From a virus: a stretch of DNA of 64,000 bases. Location of the stretch: IMG/VR virus record IMGVR_UViG_3300037515_000591, positions 1 through 64,000 of that record, one strand, 5' to 3'. This document shows, in pieces, positions 51,973 through 59,316 of this stretch. Within the stretch, counting starts at the first letter, position 1; every line of letters begins with the position of its first letter. Made by a program: the position numbers and the translations under genes. The notes beneath the pieces are model-generated. The model was not told where the DNA came from. It made no database searches and worked only from the letters and a program-made list of their open reading frames with translations.

Positions 51973-52991
51973 AGCTCGTCCGCTCCGTTCTTGAGGATGT
52001 CGCCGTGGCAGGGCTCGGGGGCGCACCAGCAGCCGAGGGCTTTGCCCTTGAGCTCGTGGAGCTGGTCGAGGAGTGACGGCTTGTACGGCAGGTAGTGCTG
52101 CTCGTAGTTGCTGATGACGGCGTCGCGGTCGCCGTCGGCAGGCAGTTCGAAGGGGTTGCCCCAGGGGCCGCGGCGGTCGATGCGGACGTACAGTCCGGCG
52201 GCGTCGGCCCATTCGATGAGGTTGTTGTGCGGGCCGCGCAGGGTGACGACGATGGTTTCGCCGGAGCGGAGTTGCTTGAGGAGGTCGCGTTCGTCGTCGG
52301 TCCAGGAGGCGAAGATGCGCTCTTGCCGGATCTCTTCGAGGATCGGCTCTACGTCGATCGACTCAGGCATTCCGTCTGCCGCTTCGCGGAGGACTCCCTC
52401 ATCGAGGTGTTCAGCGATGTCACCGTTAACATCACTGAACGCTGAACCCGTACTGACGCCGAGAAAGTCGGCGATCTGTCGCGTGGACCATCCGGCTCGG
52501 GACAGCAGTAGTGCCCTTACCTTCCGTACCTCTCGCCGGTGTTCGACGATGTCGCCGACCCACTTGCTCACCGTCTGCCGCGTGACCCCGGAGTACTTGG
52601 CGATCGTCTTCAGGTCGTAGTCCGGGTTCGACTCGGCGATCTCCCGCGCGATCGTCTTCAGTTCGTCGCCCTTGATGCGGTCGCCGTGCTTCGCGGACAG
52701 GCTCGCGGCGAACAGCTTCGCGGGGACGCCTTCCGGGACCTCCTGCCATACGACGCGGATCTCGTCCCGGAGTGCCTGCTTGTGGGCCTGCCACCGGTGC
52801 ATGCCGTCGAGGAGCCGGTTCGTTTCGGGCTCCAGGACGATCGGCGGGAACTCGTCTCCGGCGTTGAGGGCTTCGGCGTAGCGGTTGACGGTGGCCTGGG
52901 ACCACTCGACGCGGGGGTAGATGGTGGGGTCGTACACGACTTCGGAGACGTTGATGTCGGCCACGTGCTCTCTTCTCTCGGGTTGGTTCAT
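51969..52991 (-). CDS. ParB-like nuclease domain (DGMHR) - HTH - DUF4326-like fusion protein
   Basis: IVLEPETNRLLDGMHRWQA; TRQTVSKWV and STRQIADFLGVS HTHs; GPWGNPFE...LGCWCAPEPCHGDIL; ATG 52991. Confidence 0.7.
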   Translation of the reverse strand: MNQPERREHVADINVSEVVYDPTIYPRVEWSQATVNRYAEALNAGDEFPPIVLEPETNRLLDGMHRWQAHKQALRDEIRVVWQEVPEGVPAKLFAASLSAKHGDRIKGDELKTIAREIAESNPDYDLKTIAKYSGVTRQTVSKWVGDIVEHRREVRKVRALLLSRAGWSTRQIADFLGVSTGSAFSDVNGDIAEHLDEGVLREAADGMPESIDVEPILEEIRQERIFASWTDDERDLLKQLRSGETIVVTLRGPHNNLIEWADAAGLYVRIDRRGPWGNPFELPADGDRDAVISNYEQHYLPYKPSLLDQLHELKGKALGCWCAPEPCHGDILKNGADEL

Positions 52992-53042
52992 GGCATGGCT
53001 GAATTGCCAGGTCAGGGAGGCCCTCTGCCGTGCACCCATGAT

Positions 53043-53058
53043 GCCACATCCATGTGGC
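53043..53058. promoter_or_regulatory. operator-like palindrome 1
   Basis: GCCACAT-CC-ATGTGGC in the divergent intergenic region. Confidence 0.5.
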
Positions 53059-53096
53059 CACTGTGGTGTGGCTTTCGAAGTTCCGCTTCCGTGTGG

Positions 53097-53110
53097 CCAC
53101 ATCGATGTGG
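53097..53110. promoter_or_regulatory. operator-like palindrome 2
   Basis: CCACAT-CG-ATGTGG, 54 bp from palindrome 1; both share TGTGGCCAC. Confidence 0.5.
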
Positions 53111-53122
53111 GAACATGCCGAC

Positions 53123-53347
53123 ATGCCCGCCACCGAAGAGACCCTCGACCGCCTGCGGAAGGCAGTCCGCGCCAAGACGGCCGCCGAGACCCGCGCCGAG
53201 AACGCCCGCGCCGCGCTCGCCATCGCCATGGCCGACGCCATAGAGGAGGGCATGCGGCAGAGCGACGTCGTGGCGATGACGGGCTACACGCGCGAGCACG
53301 TTCGCCGTCTCGTGCGTGAGGTCGAAGAGCAACGCTCCAAGTCCTGA
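53123..53347 (+). CDS. small HTH regulator
   Basis: ATG 53123; coiled-coil N-terminus then QSDVVAMTGYTREHVRRLVRE. Confidence 0.6.
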   Translation: MPATEETLDRLRKAVRAKTAAETRAENARAALAIAMADAIEEGMRQSDVVAMTGYTREHVRRLVREVEEQRSKS

Positions 53348-53368
53348 CACCGCTCCTCCTCTCCGTGG

Positions 53369-53393
53369 GCCCCGCACCGTGCTGGTGCGGGGC
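53369..53393. terminator. bidirectional terminator
   Basis: perfect 10-bp stem GCCCCGCACC/GGTGCGGGGC, 5-nt loop, then TTCG; between convergent stops. Confidence 0.6.
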
Positions 53394-53407
53394 TTCGTGC
53401 TGCGTGG

Positions 53408-53596
53408 TCAGCGGAGTTCGCGGATGCGTCCCGCCGTGACGCCGTACTCCAAAGCCAGCCCGGTTGCCTTCTCACCTGCGGCGAGGCGCTGTGTGATGTC
53501 GGACCGCTGCTGTGGCGTGAGCTTGGGTGTGGAGTGCTTTGGTGGCTTGGAGTTGCGGTGGCTGTTGCTCCAGCGGCGTTGGAGGTCGGTGGCCAT
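53408..53596 (-). CDS. small HTH protein
   Basis: 62 aa; LTPQQRSDITQRLAAGEKATGLALEYGVTAGRIRELR. Confidence 0.55.
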   Translation of the reverse strand: MATDLQRRWSNSHRNSKPPKHSTPKLTPQQRSDITQRLAAGEKATGLALEYGVTAGRIRELR

Positions 53597-53796
53597 CAGC
53601 GGGTTGTCTTCCGTCGGCCGCCGCCGGGTGCCCGCAGTGTCACGCCGGCTTCGAGGAGCAGTGCGCGGGTTCCGCCGTATGAGCGGCCGAGTTGGTCGGC
53701 GACGGATCGGATGGTGGCGCCTTGCGCGTACAACTCCGCGGCATGCTGGCGGACTCGTACGCGTTCGGCGCCTTTGGTGTAGGGGCGTTTCTCCAT
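53596..53796 (-). CDS. small HTH protein
   Basis: ATG 53796; AAELYAQGATIRSVADQLGRSYGGTRALLLEAGV. Confidence 0.55.
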   Translation of the reverse strand: MEKRPYTKGAERVRVRQHAAELYAQGATIRSVADQLGRSYGGTRALLLEAGVTLRAPGGGRRKTTR

Positions 53797-53829
53797 CGGG
53801 TGGTGCCTTTCTTCGTGGTGGCTGGGGGT

Positions 53830-53869
53830 CCCGGGCCTCGCGCCGGGGGGAGGGGTCGCGAGGCCCGGG
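53830..53869 (-). terminator. hairpin A of tandem pair
   Basis: perfect 13-bp stem CCCGGGCCTCGCG/CGCGAGGCCCGGG. Confidence 0.5.
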
Positions 53870-53871
53870 AG

Positions 53872-53905
53872 GGCGGTCGGCGCGTGGGGGTGCGGGCCGA
53901 CCGCC
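53872..53905 (-). terminator. hairpin B of tandem pair
   Basis: perfect 10-bp stem GGCGGTCGGC/GCCGACCGCC, 13 nt beyond stop at 53918. Confidence 0.5.
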
Positions 53906-53917
53906 GGTTCGGGTGGC

Positions 53918-54427
53918 TCAGTCGTGCTCGTAGAACTCGATCTCGATGCCGGTGCGGCGGACGGTGATGTTGGCGTGGTCGCCGAACGCATCGAGGAGGA
54001 CGTGCTCGAAGTGGCCGCCCTCGATGGCCTTCTCCAGTGCCTTGCACCGGTCGTAGCGGGCGCGGTCCGGGCCTTCGTAGGTCTCGCTGACGACCGTCCG
54101 GCACTTCGTAGCCGGGTCGACGTCGCCCCACTTCGTGGTGACCTTGCCGAGGCTGGGGTGGCCCCACATCTCCAGCTCGTCCTCGTCGGCGTCCTCGTCG
54201 GTCGTGGTCCGCACCCAAGTGCCGCAAGCACTGAAGGTGCAGGGTTCGCCGTCGTTGAAGTACGGGGTGTACTGCCGCCACCCGAACTCGACGATCGTCG
54301 GGTCGTCGAGGACCGCCTGAAGGATCGGCTGAAGCTCCTCGATCGGCTTCTGCGCTACACGGTCGGAGCCGCGGGTGATGTCGCCGTTGACAGGGATACC
54401 GAGGAAGTTGGTGGTCTGGTCGGTCAC
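53918..54427 (-). CDS. hypothetical protein
   Basis: GTG 54427 in GTGA overlap; YTPYFNDGEPCTF motif. Confidence 0.55.
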   Translation of the reverse strand: MTDQTTNFLGIPVNGDITRGSDRVAQKPIEELQPILQAVLDDPTIVEFGWRQYTPYFNDGEPCTFSACGTWVRTTTDEDADEDELEMWGHPSLGKVTTKWGDVDPATKCRTVVSETYEGPDRARYDRCKALEKAIEGGHFEHVLLDAFGDHANITVRRTGIEIEFYEHD

Positions 54428-54810
54428 TTCGTGTCTCCAGAGGGCTGGTTGAGGAGCAGGTGAGAGAGGGGCACGGTCTTGCGCTGGCTGCCGGACATCC
54501 ACGGGCGGATGGGCATGCCGTCGATGTAGTCCGCGGGGCTGGGCAGCCAGCCGAGGTCTTCGAGGACGTGCTGCTCGGCGATGAGCCGGACCGGGACCCG
54601 GACGGTGTTGCGGGTCTTGTGGACGTCGAGAGTGACTCCGAAGATCCGCTCGGCGAGGAACACGCCTTCGGTGTGGTGGTAGAGGGAGCGGTGGCGGACG
54701 TCGCCGATCAGGCGCTTCGAGCTGTCGAGGAACTGGTGGATCGGCAGGTACAGCTCCGGCTCACCGCCCCACTTGCGAGCGGAGGACTGGGCATGGTTGA
54801 AGGAGTTCAT
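54424..54810 (-). CDS. hypothetical His-rich protein
   Basis: 128 aa; IHQFLDSSK...RHRSLYHHTEG pattern seen in many phage proteins (family name not recalled with confidence). Confidence 0.55.
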   Translation of the reverse strand: MNSFNHAQSSARKWGGEPELYLPIHQFLDSSKRLIGDVRHRSLYHHTEGVFLAERIFGVTLDVHKTRNTVRVPVRLIAEQHVLEDLGWLPSPADYIDGMPIRPWMSGSQRKTVPLSHLLLNQPSGDTK

Positions 54811-55172
54811 GCGGCACCCGACCCGGCGTGTTCGGGGCAGTAGTCGTCGCCGTCGTCGGTGTGCTCCCAGCCCCCGTGCTCGACGAGGTGGGTGCGGGCC
54901 ACGGCGAGCCGTTCCCTGCTGCTCATCTCGCTGCTGACCATGTAGTCGCCGGTGTTCGTGGCGCCGCAGCGGTCGCAGTAGACGGTGATCTTCGACGGGT
55001 AGCGGGGGTCGTCCATGTCGCGGACGATCGCGTTGACCATGTCGGGTGTGAGGGGCTGGGGCGTGGGGTCGGGCTGGCAGGGGACGAGGTTGGAGTGGGC
55101 GTCCTTACCGCAGCCGCAGCGGTAGCCGGTGGGGCCGTAAGCGAGCGGGTCGGGGGTTGAGGTGTCGGGCAT
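54807..55172 (-). CDS. hypothetical Cys-containing protein
   Basis: 121 aa; CGCG, CDRCG, CPEH motifs. Confidence 0.5.
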   Translation of the reverse strand: MPDTSTPDPLAYGPTGYRCGCGKDAHSNLVPCQPDPTPQPLTPDMVNAIVRDMDDPRYPSKITVYCDRCGATNTGDYMVSSEMSSRERLAVARTHLVEHGGWEHTDDGDDYCPEHAGSGAA

Positions 55173-55186
55173 CGTGATCTCCTTGA

Positions 55187-55237
55187 GGTGGTGCCCCGGC
55201 CGAATTCGCGTCGGCCGGGGCGCTTTTGTGCGGGCGG
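55187..55237. repeat. conserved hairpin element E1
   Basis: GGTG-GTGCCCCGGCCGA attcgcg TCGGCCGGGGC GCTTTTGTGCGGGCGG; stem 55193-55203/55211-55221. Confidence 0.6.
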
Positions 55238-55238
55238 A

Positions 55239-56069
55239 CTACTTGGGCATGGGCATCGAGCTGTTCGGCGGGTGCACCAGCCGGTCCAGCGACCGCCCGT
55301 CACGCACCGCGTTCCAGGTCCGCACCAGGTAGCCCATATGCCGGGACTCCGGCAGCCGCATGCTGTCCAGACGCTCCGACGTCACCCGCGCCCGCAGCGC
55401 CAGAACCGGATGTCCGAGCGGAAGCTCCGCGCCGTCGGCGATGCGCTGGAAGAACCACGTCGCCTCGTCGAGAGCGAGCGCCGAGAACAGGAAGTGCGCG
55501 GAACCGAGGACCGACTGCGGGATGTGAGGGAACGCGTTACGGGTACGCACGGCAATCTCTGCGGAGCGGCGCAGCTCGGGGCGCTCGGCGAGGAGCTGGG
55601 CGCACTCGCGGTTGGTGGCCGCGTAGTTGCCGGTGAACCGGTAATCGCCGCCGTTCCAGGCCCAGACACGGCGCAGGATCGCGGCGAGGGTGTGGGCGTT
55701 GGCTTCGCCGCGCAGGCCCATGACGTCGCCGGTGGTGCGCTTGCGGCCGGTGTCCATGGTTTCTTGGGCGGCCGGGTCGAGGCCGATGACGACGAGCATC
55801 TGCACGGTGGTGTCGGCGTCGATGACGGCGCGGAGGCGGTGCTGGCCGTCGAGGACGGTGCCGTCGGTGGCGAATTTGATGGATTCGCCGTTGAGGGTCC
55901 AGTGGCCTGCGGTCATGTCGCGGGCGTAGTCGGCGACGGCTCGGTCGCGGAGTTTGCGGTTGTGGGTGTTGGTGCGGAGCCATTCGCGGGCGAGGTCGGG
56001 GGTGACGTCGATGACGACGGCGGTGGGGCCGTCGGTGTCGATGAGGGTGGGTAGGGTTTGAGCGTTCAT
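55239..56069 (-). CDS. ParB-like nuclease domain protein of DGQHR (DndB-like) type
   Basis: NRKLRDRAVADYARDM...WTLNGESIKFATDGTVLDGQHRLRAV; ATG 56069. Confidence 0.7.
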   Translation of the reverse strand: MNAQTLPTLIDTDGPTAVVIDVTPDLAREWLRTNTHNRKLRDRAVADYARDMTAGHWTLNGESIKFATDGTVLDGQHRLRAVIDADTTVQMLVVIGLDPAAQETMDTGRKRTTGDVMGLRGEANAHTLAAILRRVWAWNGGDYRFTGNYAATNRECAQLLAERPELRRSAEIAVRTRNAFPHIPQSVLGSAHFLFSALALDEATWFFQRIADGAELPLGHPVLALRARVTSERLDSMRLPESRHMGYLVRTWNAVRDGRSLDRLVHPPNSSMPMPK

Positions 56070-56086
56070 GGGTTGTTGCCTTTCGG

Positions 56087-56136
56087 GGTGGGTGCCCCGC
56101 CGGTTTCCGCCCGGCGGGGCGCTTTTGTGTGGGCGG
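56087..56136. repeat. conserved hairpin element E2
   Basis: GGTGGGTGCCCCGCCGG tttccgc CCGGCGGGGC GCTTTTGTGTGGGCGG; stem 56094-56103/56111-56120. Confidence 0.6.
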
Positions 56137-56355
56137 TCAGGCGAGGTGTTCGTTCTCGTACGCCTCCGCGGCTTCCGCAGCCCGGACCGCGAGGGCGTCT
56201 TCTGCGCACGACTTATGCGCTGGAGACCGCTTCGAGTCGCGGAGGTTCGTCGGCCGCTGGCAGTACCGGCACGGCTTCTCGGTCCACGACCAATGCGAGG
56301 CGTCACGCCAGTCGAGGAGCGGCGGCGGGTCCCGGCCCGCGGGCTCCCCGCTCAC
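56137..56355 (-). CDS. hypothetical 72-aa protein
   Basis: GTG 56355 in GTGA overlap; WTEKPCRYCQRP...HKSCAE. Confidence 0.45.
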   Translation of the reverse strand: MSGEPAGRDPPPLLDWRDASHWSWTEKPCRYCQRPTNLRDSKRSPAHKSCAEDALAVRAAEAAEAYENEHLA

Positions 56356-57038
56356 GCCAGGGCCTTGGTCGAACCGGTGCGGCGCAGCCGGTTGTCCGCG
56401 TCCGCGTTCGCCTGACGGCACGGAGGACACGGCGTCTGGCCAAGCTTGAGATGCCGCTGATAGCCGGGCCGGGTCCCGCACCGGGCGCGTCCCTCGCTGT
56501 CGATGAGGTGCGCGGGGAGGTGGCATTCCTGGCTGCGGCAGTCGGCTGTCACGGGGCCGTTCGGGGTGTGGCCGCGGTCGAGGGTGAAGCACAACTGCCG
56601 GGGTGTGTACGTCTTCCCGCGGAAGCTGACCTTCCTCGGGCCGGTCCAGGCGAGGTGCCCGCCGTACAGGCGCACGGTGTTGTCGTCGAAGATTGACTGC
56701 ATGGTGCGGGGCTTGACGGGCCGGCGGGTCTGCCCGGCTTTGACCTCGTCGGGGGTGAGGTTGCGGCGTGCAGCCTGGCGGAGCAGACCGCGGCGCTCCG
56801 CCTCCGACATGCCGCCCCACACACCGAACGCCTGCCGTGTCGCCAAAGCCCAGGCCCCGCACGCTTGAAGGACCGGACAGCCGGAGCAGATGACTTTGGC
56901 GTGGCGCGTCTGGGCGTTGGCAGCGGGTGTGGCGCCGACAGGGAAGAACAGCTCTGCGTCCTCGTCGCGACATGCCGCGGCGTCTCGCCAGTCGGTGGCG
57001 CGTTGGGTGTCGGGGGCGGCGCCGGTGTAGTTGTTCAC
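56352..57038 (-). CDS. WhiB-like Fe-S regulator fused to HNH-like/zinc-ribbon C-terminal region
   Basis: CRDEDAELFFP...AKVICSGCPVLQACGAWAL...GVWGGMSEAERR; C-terminal HLAWTGPRK...CRSQECHLPAHL and CGTRPGYQRH...CPPCR; GTG 57038 in GTGA overlap. Confidence 0.75.
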   Translation of the reverse strand: MNNYTGAAPDTQRATDWRDAAACRDEDAELFFPVGATPAANAQTRHAKVICSGCPVLQACGAWALATRQAFGVWGGMSEAERRGLLRQAARRNLTPDEVKAGQTRRPVKPRTMQSIFDDNTVRLYGGHLAWTGPRKVSFRGKTYTPRQLCFTLDRGHTPNGPVTADCRSQECHLPAHLIDSEGRARCGTRPGYQRHLKLGQTPCPPCRQANADADNRLRRTGSTKALA

Positions 57039-57316
57039 GCTTCGCCCTCCTGCTCGCGGTGTTCGTGGATGGCGTCGCGGAGCCGGTCGCACCCGGCGGC
57101 GTCGGCCGGGGGAGGCCCGAGTTCTTCGAACAGGGGGGCCAGGCGGGCGAAGTGGGCGTCGAGGTGCGCGTCGAGGTCTTCGAGGAGGAGCAGCCCGTCG
57201 GGGCCGACGTCGTGCTCCTCGTCGTCGCCCGCCCAGGCGGAGAGGATCTGCCACGCCCAAGCGAGCGCGGTGAAGACGGCGATCGTGGTGATGGTGAGGG
57301 CCTGACTGGTACTCAC
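57035..57316 (-). CDS. small membrane-anchored acidic protein
   Basis: GTG 57316 in GTGA overlap; ALTITTIAVFTALAWAWQILSAW. Confidence 0.45.
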   Translation of the reverse strand: MSTSQALTITTIAVFTALAWAWQILSAWAGDDEEHDVGPDGLLLLEDLDAHLDAHFARLAPLFEELGPPPADAAGCDRLRDAIHEHREQEGEA

Positions 57317-57852
57317 CGCGCCACCGCCAGCGGCCACACGCGGATCACGCAGCCCGGCCCGTCCAGCACATCCGGCGCGTCGGTCCCGGCGTAGTACTTG
57401 CCGAGCCGCACATACTCCACAACCCGCTGATCGTCATGCCAGACCACGCCGGTGAGGGCGTCTTCCGTACACCTGAGAATTTTGGACAAGTCGGGGAAGA
57501 CCGACGGACGTGCGGGCGCCCCGTCCCGCAGCAGGTGCGCGTTGCGGCCCGTGCGGTAATGCCCCTTGGGCCGGGCGAAGGTGAACGTCATGGACGCGGC
57601 GAGGGGGCCGTCGAGGATCTTCCAGCCGGGCACGGCGGCGGTGGCGGCGAGGGCGGCGTACTTGACGTCCTGCCGCCACGGTTTGACCTTCTTGCTGGAT
57701 TCGATCATGACGCCGTTGCCGACATGGCGTTTTGACCCCTGAGGTGCCGGGAGGCCGTGGACGGTGACGGTGATGGCGGATGAACCGGGCCGTGGCCCGG
57801 CCGCCGTGGTGGCGACCGGAACCCGCGGGGTGAACAGGGTCGGGGTGGTCAT
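57313..57852 (-). CDS. rusA: RusA-type Holliday junction resolvase
   Basis: GLPAPQGSKR, VKPWRQDV, DLSKILRCTEDALTGVVWHDDQRVVE; ATG 57852 in ATGA overlap. Confidence 0.8.
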   Translation of the reverse strand: MTTPTLFTPRVPVATTAAGPRPGSSAITVTVHGLPAPQGSKRHVGNGVMIESSKKVKPWRQDVKYAALAATAAVPGWKILDGPLAASMTFTFARPKGHYRTGRNAHLLRDGAPARPSVFPDLSKILRCTEDALTGVVWHDDQRVVEYVRLGKYYAGTDAPDVLDGPGCVIRVWPLAVAR

Positions 57853-58658
57853 GTCATGCACCACCCGGAGTCACAGGCACCATCGGCTTCGTCGAACATC
57901 GGCAGCAGGTCGACGCCGTCCGGGATGGCCTGCCGCAACGGCTTGTTGAACCGGGTCAGGTAGACGTGGTCCTTGCCCCGCTCGTCGCGGCGCTCGTTGA
58001 GGAGTTCTTCGAGCTGGCACGACTTCTCGAACAGCTCCGGCTCGTCGCGCCGCTGGTCGTGCCACGTCTCCGGGCGGTGGAACGGGCAGAAGAAACATGA
58101 GCTCTTGGGCGGCACCGGCAGGCCTGCCTCGCGGATGATGCGCGCGCAGTCGGTGCGCCTCAGGCCGAGGTCGAGCAGCGGGTAGGTGATGACCTCGTGC
58201 GGCTCGGTGCGCCGGTTGTTTGCCCGGTGGATCTCGTCGACGCTGATGCCGATGCCGATCACGGCCGGGGCCGTGGCAGTTGCGCCGCGCCGCTTCAGTT
58301 CCTTCCCGATCACCTTGATCTTGAAGTCGGCGGTGCACGACCGCTGGCCGGGCGCCCCGTTGGACATGCGGACCGGGATCGGCAGCGAGCGGGAGCCGGG
58401 CCGGGTGAGTCGGCCTATGAGGGTCTCGACGCTGCCGTCGCGCTTCACCCGGTCCAGGACGGCGAGCTCTATGCCGTGCTCGGCAGCGAACGGCCGGGCG
58501 TACTCCTCGACGTACCGGAGAGTGCTGGGGTTCTCGGAGTCGTCGCCCACGTTGGCCATGAGGAACAGGCGGAAGTCGATGCGCTCCTGTGCGGCGAGGA
58601 CGAGGAGGGCGGTGGATTGGACGCCACCGCCGTAGCTGATGGATCTCAGGACGGTCAT
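57849..58658 (-). CDS. PAPS reductase/DndC-like PP-loop ATP pyrophosphatase family protein
   Basis: N-terminal SYGGGVQSTALLVLAA PP-loop; C-terminal SSCFFCPFH and CDSGWC cysteines; 269 aa. Confidence 0.75.
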   Translation of the reverse strand: MTVLRSISYGGGVQSTALLVLAAQERIDFRLFLMANVGDDSENPSTLRYVEEYARPFAAEHGIELAVLDRVKRDGSVETLIGRLTRPGSRSLPIPVRMSNGAPGQRSCTADFKIKVIGKELKRRGATATAPAVIGIGISVDEIHRANNRRTEPHEVITYPLLDLGLRRTDCARIIREAGLPVPPKSSCFFCPFHRPETWHDQRRDEPELFEKSCQLEELLNERRDERGKDHVYLTRFNKPLRQAIPDGVDLLPMFDEADGACDSGWCMT

Positions 58659-58963
58659 GAGTCCCCCAGGGTGGTGGTGCCGCAGTCCCAGCAGCGCCGG
58701 GACGTGTCGCGGTTGACGGCGTGGGCGGTGGCCCGCTCGCAGCGCGGGCAGTCGGCGTCCTCGTGAGTGGCGATCTCATCCGCGTCGAGGAGCTGGCTCA
58801 GCTCCGTCTCGTTGAGGACCACGTGCGGGATCGGCACCGTCTGCTCGACGAGCGGTACGTCGGGCAGCAGCACGGGACGCCGCGGCCGGTGTCGGCCGGT
58901 GGGGGCGACGATCTGCCGCAGGACACGGGCGGGGCGCCGCAGGACACGCAGAGGACTGTTCAC
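58655..58963 (-). CDS. hypothetical protein with CxxC...CxxC zinc ribbon
   Basis: 102 aa; DCPRCERA...CWDCG. Confidence 0.5.
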   Translation of the reverse strand: MNSPLRVLRRPARVLRQIVAPTGRHRPRRPVLLPDVPLVEQTVPIPHVVLNETELSQLLDADEIATHEDADCPRCERATAHAVNRDTSRRCWDCGTTTLGDS

Positions 58964-59316
58964 GGTGTCGGCTCCTTCACGATCGGCTTGTCCTGCCGGT
59001 GACGGCCCGCTTCAACAGCCGGGTCGTTGAGGCCGCACGCGTCGTCGAGCTGCTGCTCCAGGTGCTCGATACGCCGCTCCAGGGCGGCCATGTGGGCGGC
59101 GTCGGTGCTGTCTTCGAGGCGGCGGGCCAGTTCCGTGTTGCGGCCTTCGAGGCGCAGGTTCGCGGCGTGGAGGACGGCGTTCCGGGCGGCGAGGACGCGC
59201 CGTTCGCCTTCTGCGTCGTCGTGGCGTGCCTCGGTGTCCAGAACCCGTTGGCGCAGCTTGGTGACCTCGGCGAGTGCAGCGTTCAGGTGGCGGCGGGTAA
59301 CGAATGGCCAGTTCAC
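58960..59316 (-). CDS. hypothetical coiled-coil protein
   Basis: 118-aa track ORF. Confidence 0.5.
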   Translation of the reverse strand: MNWPFVTRRHLNAALAEVTKLRQRVLDTEARHDDAEGERRVLAARNAVLHAANLRLEGRNTELARRLEDSTDAAHMAALERRIEHLEQQLDDACGLNDPAVEAGRHRQDKPIVKEPTP

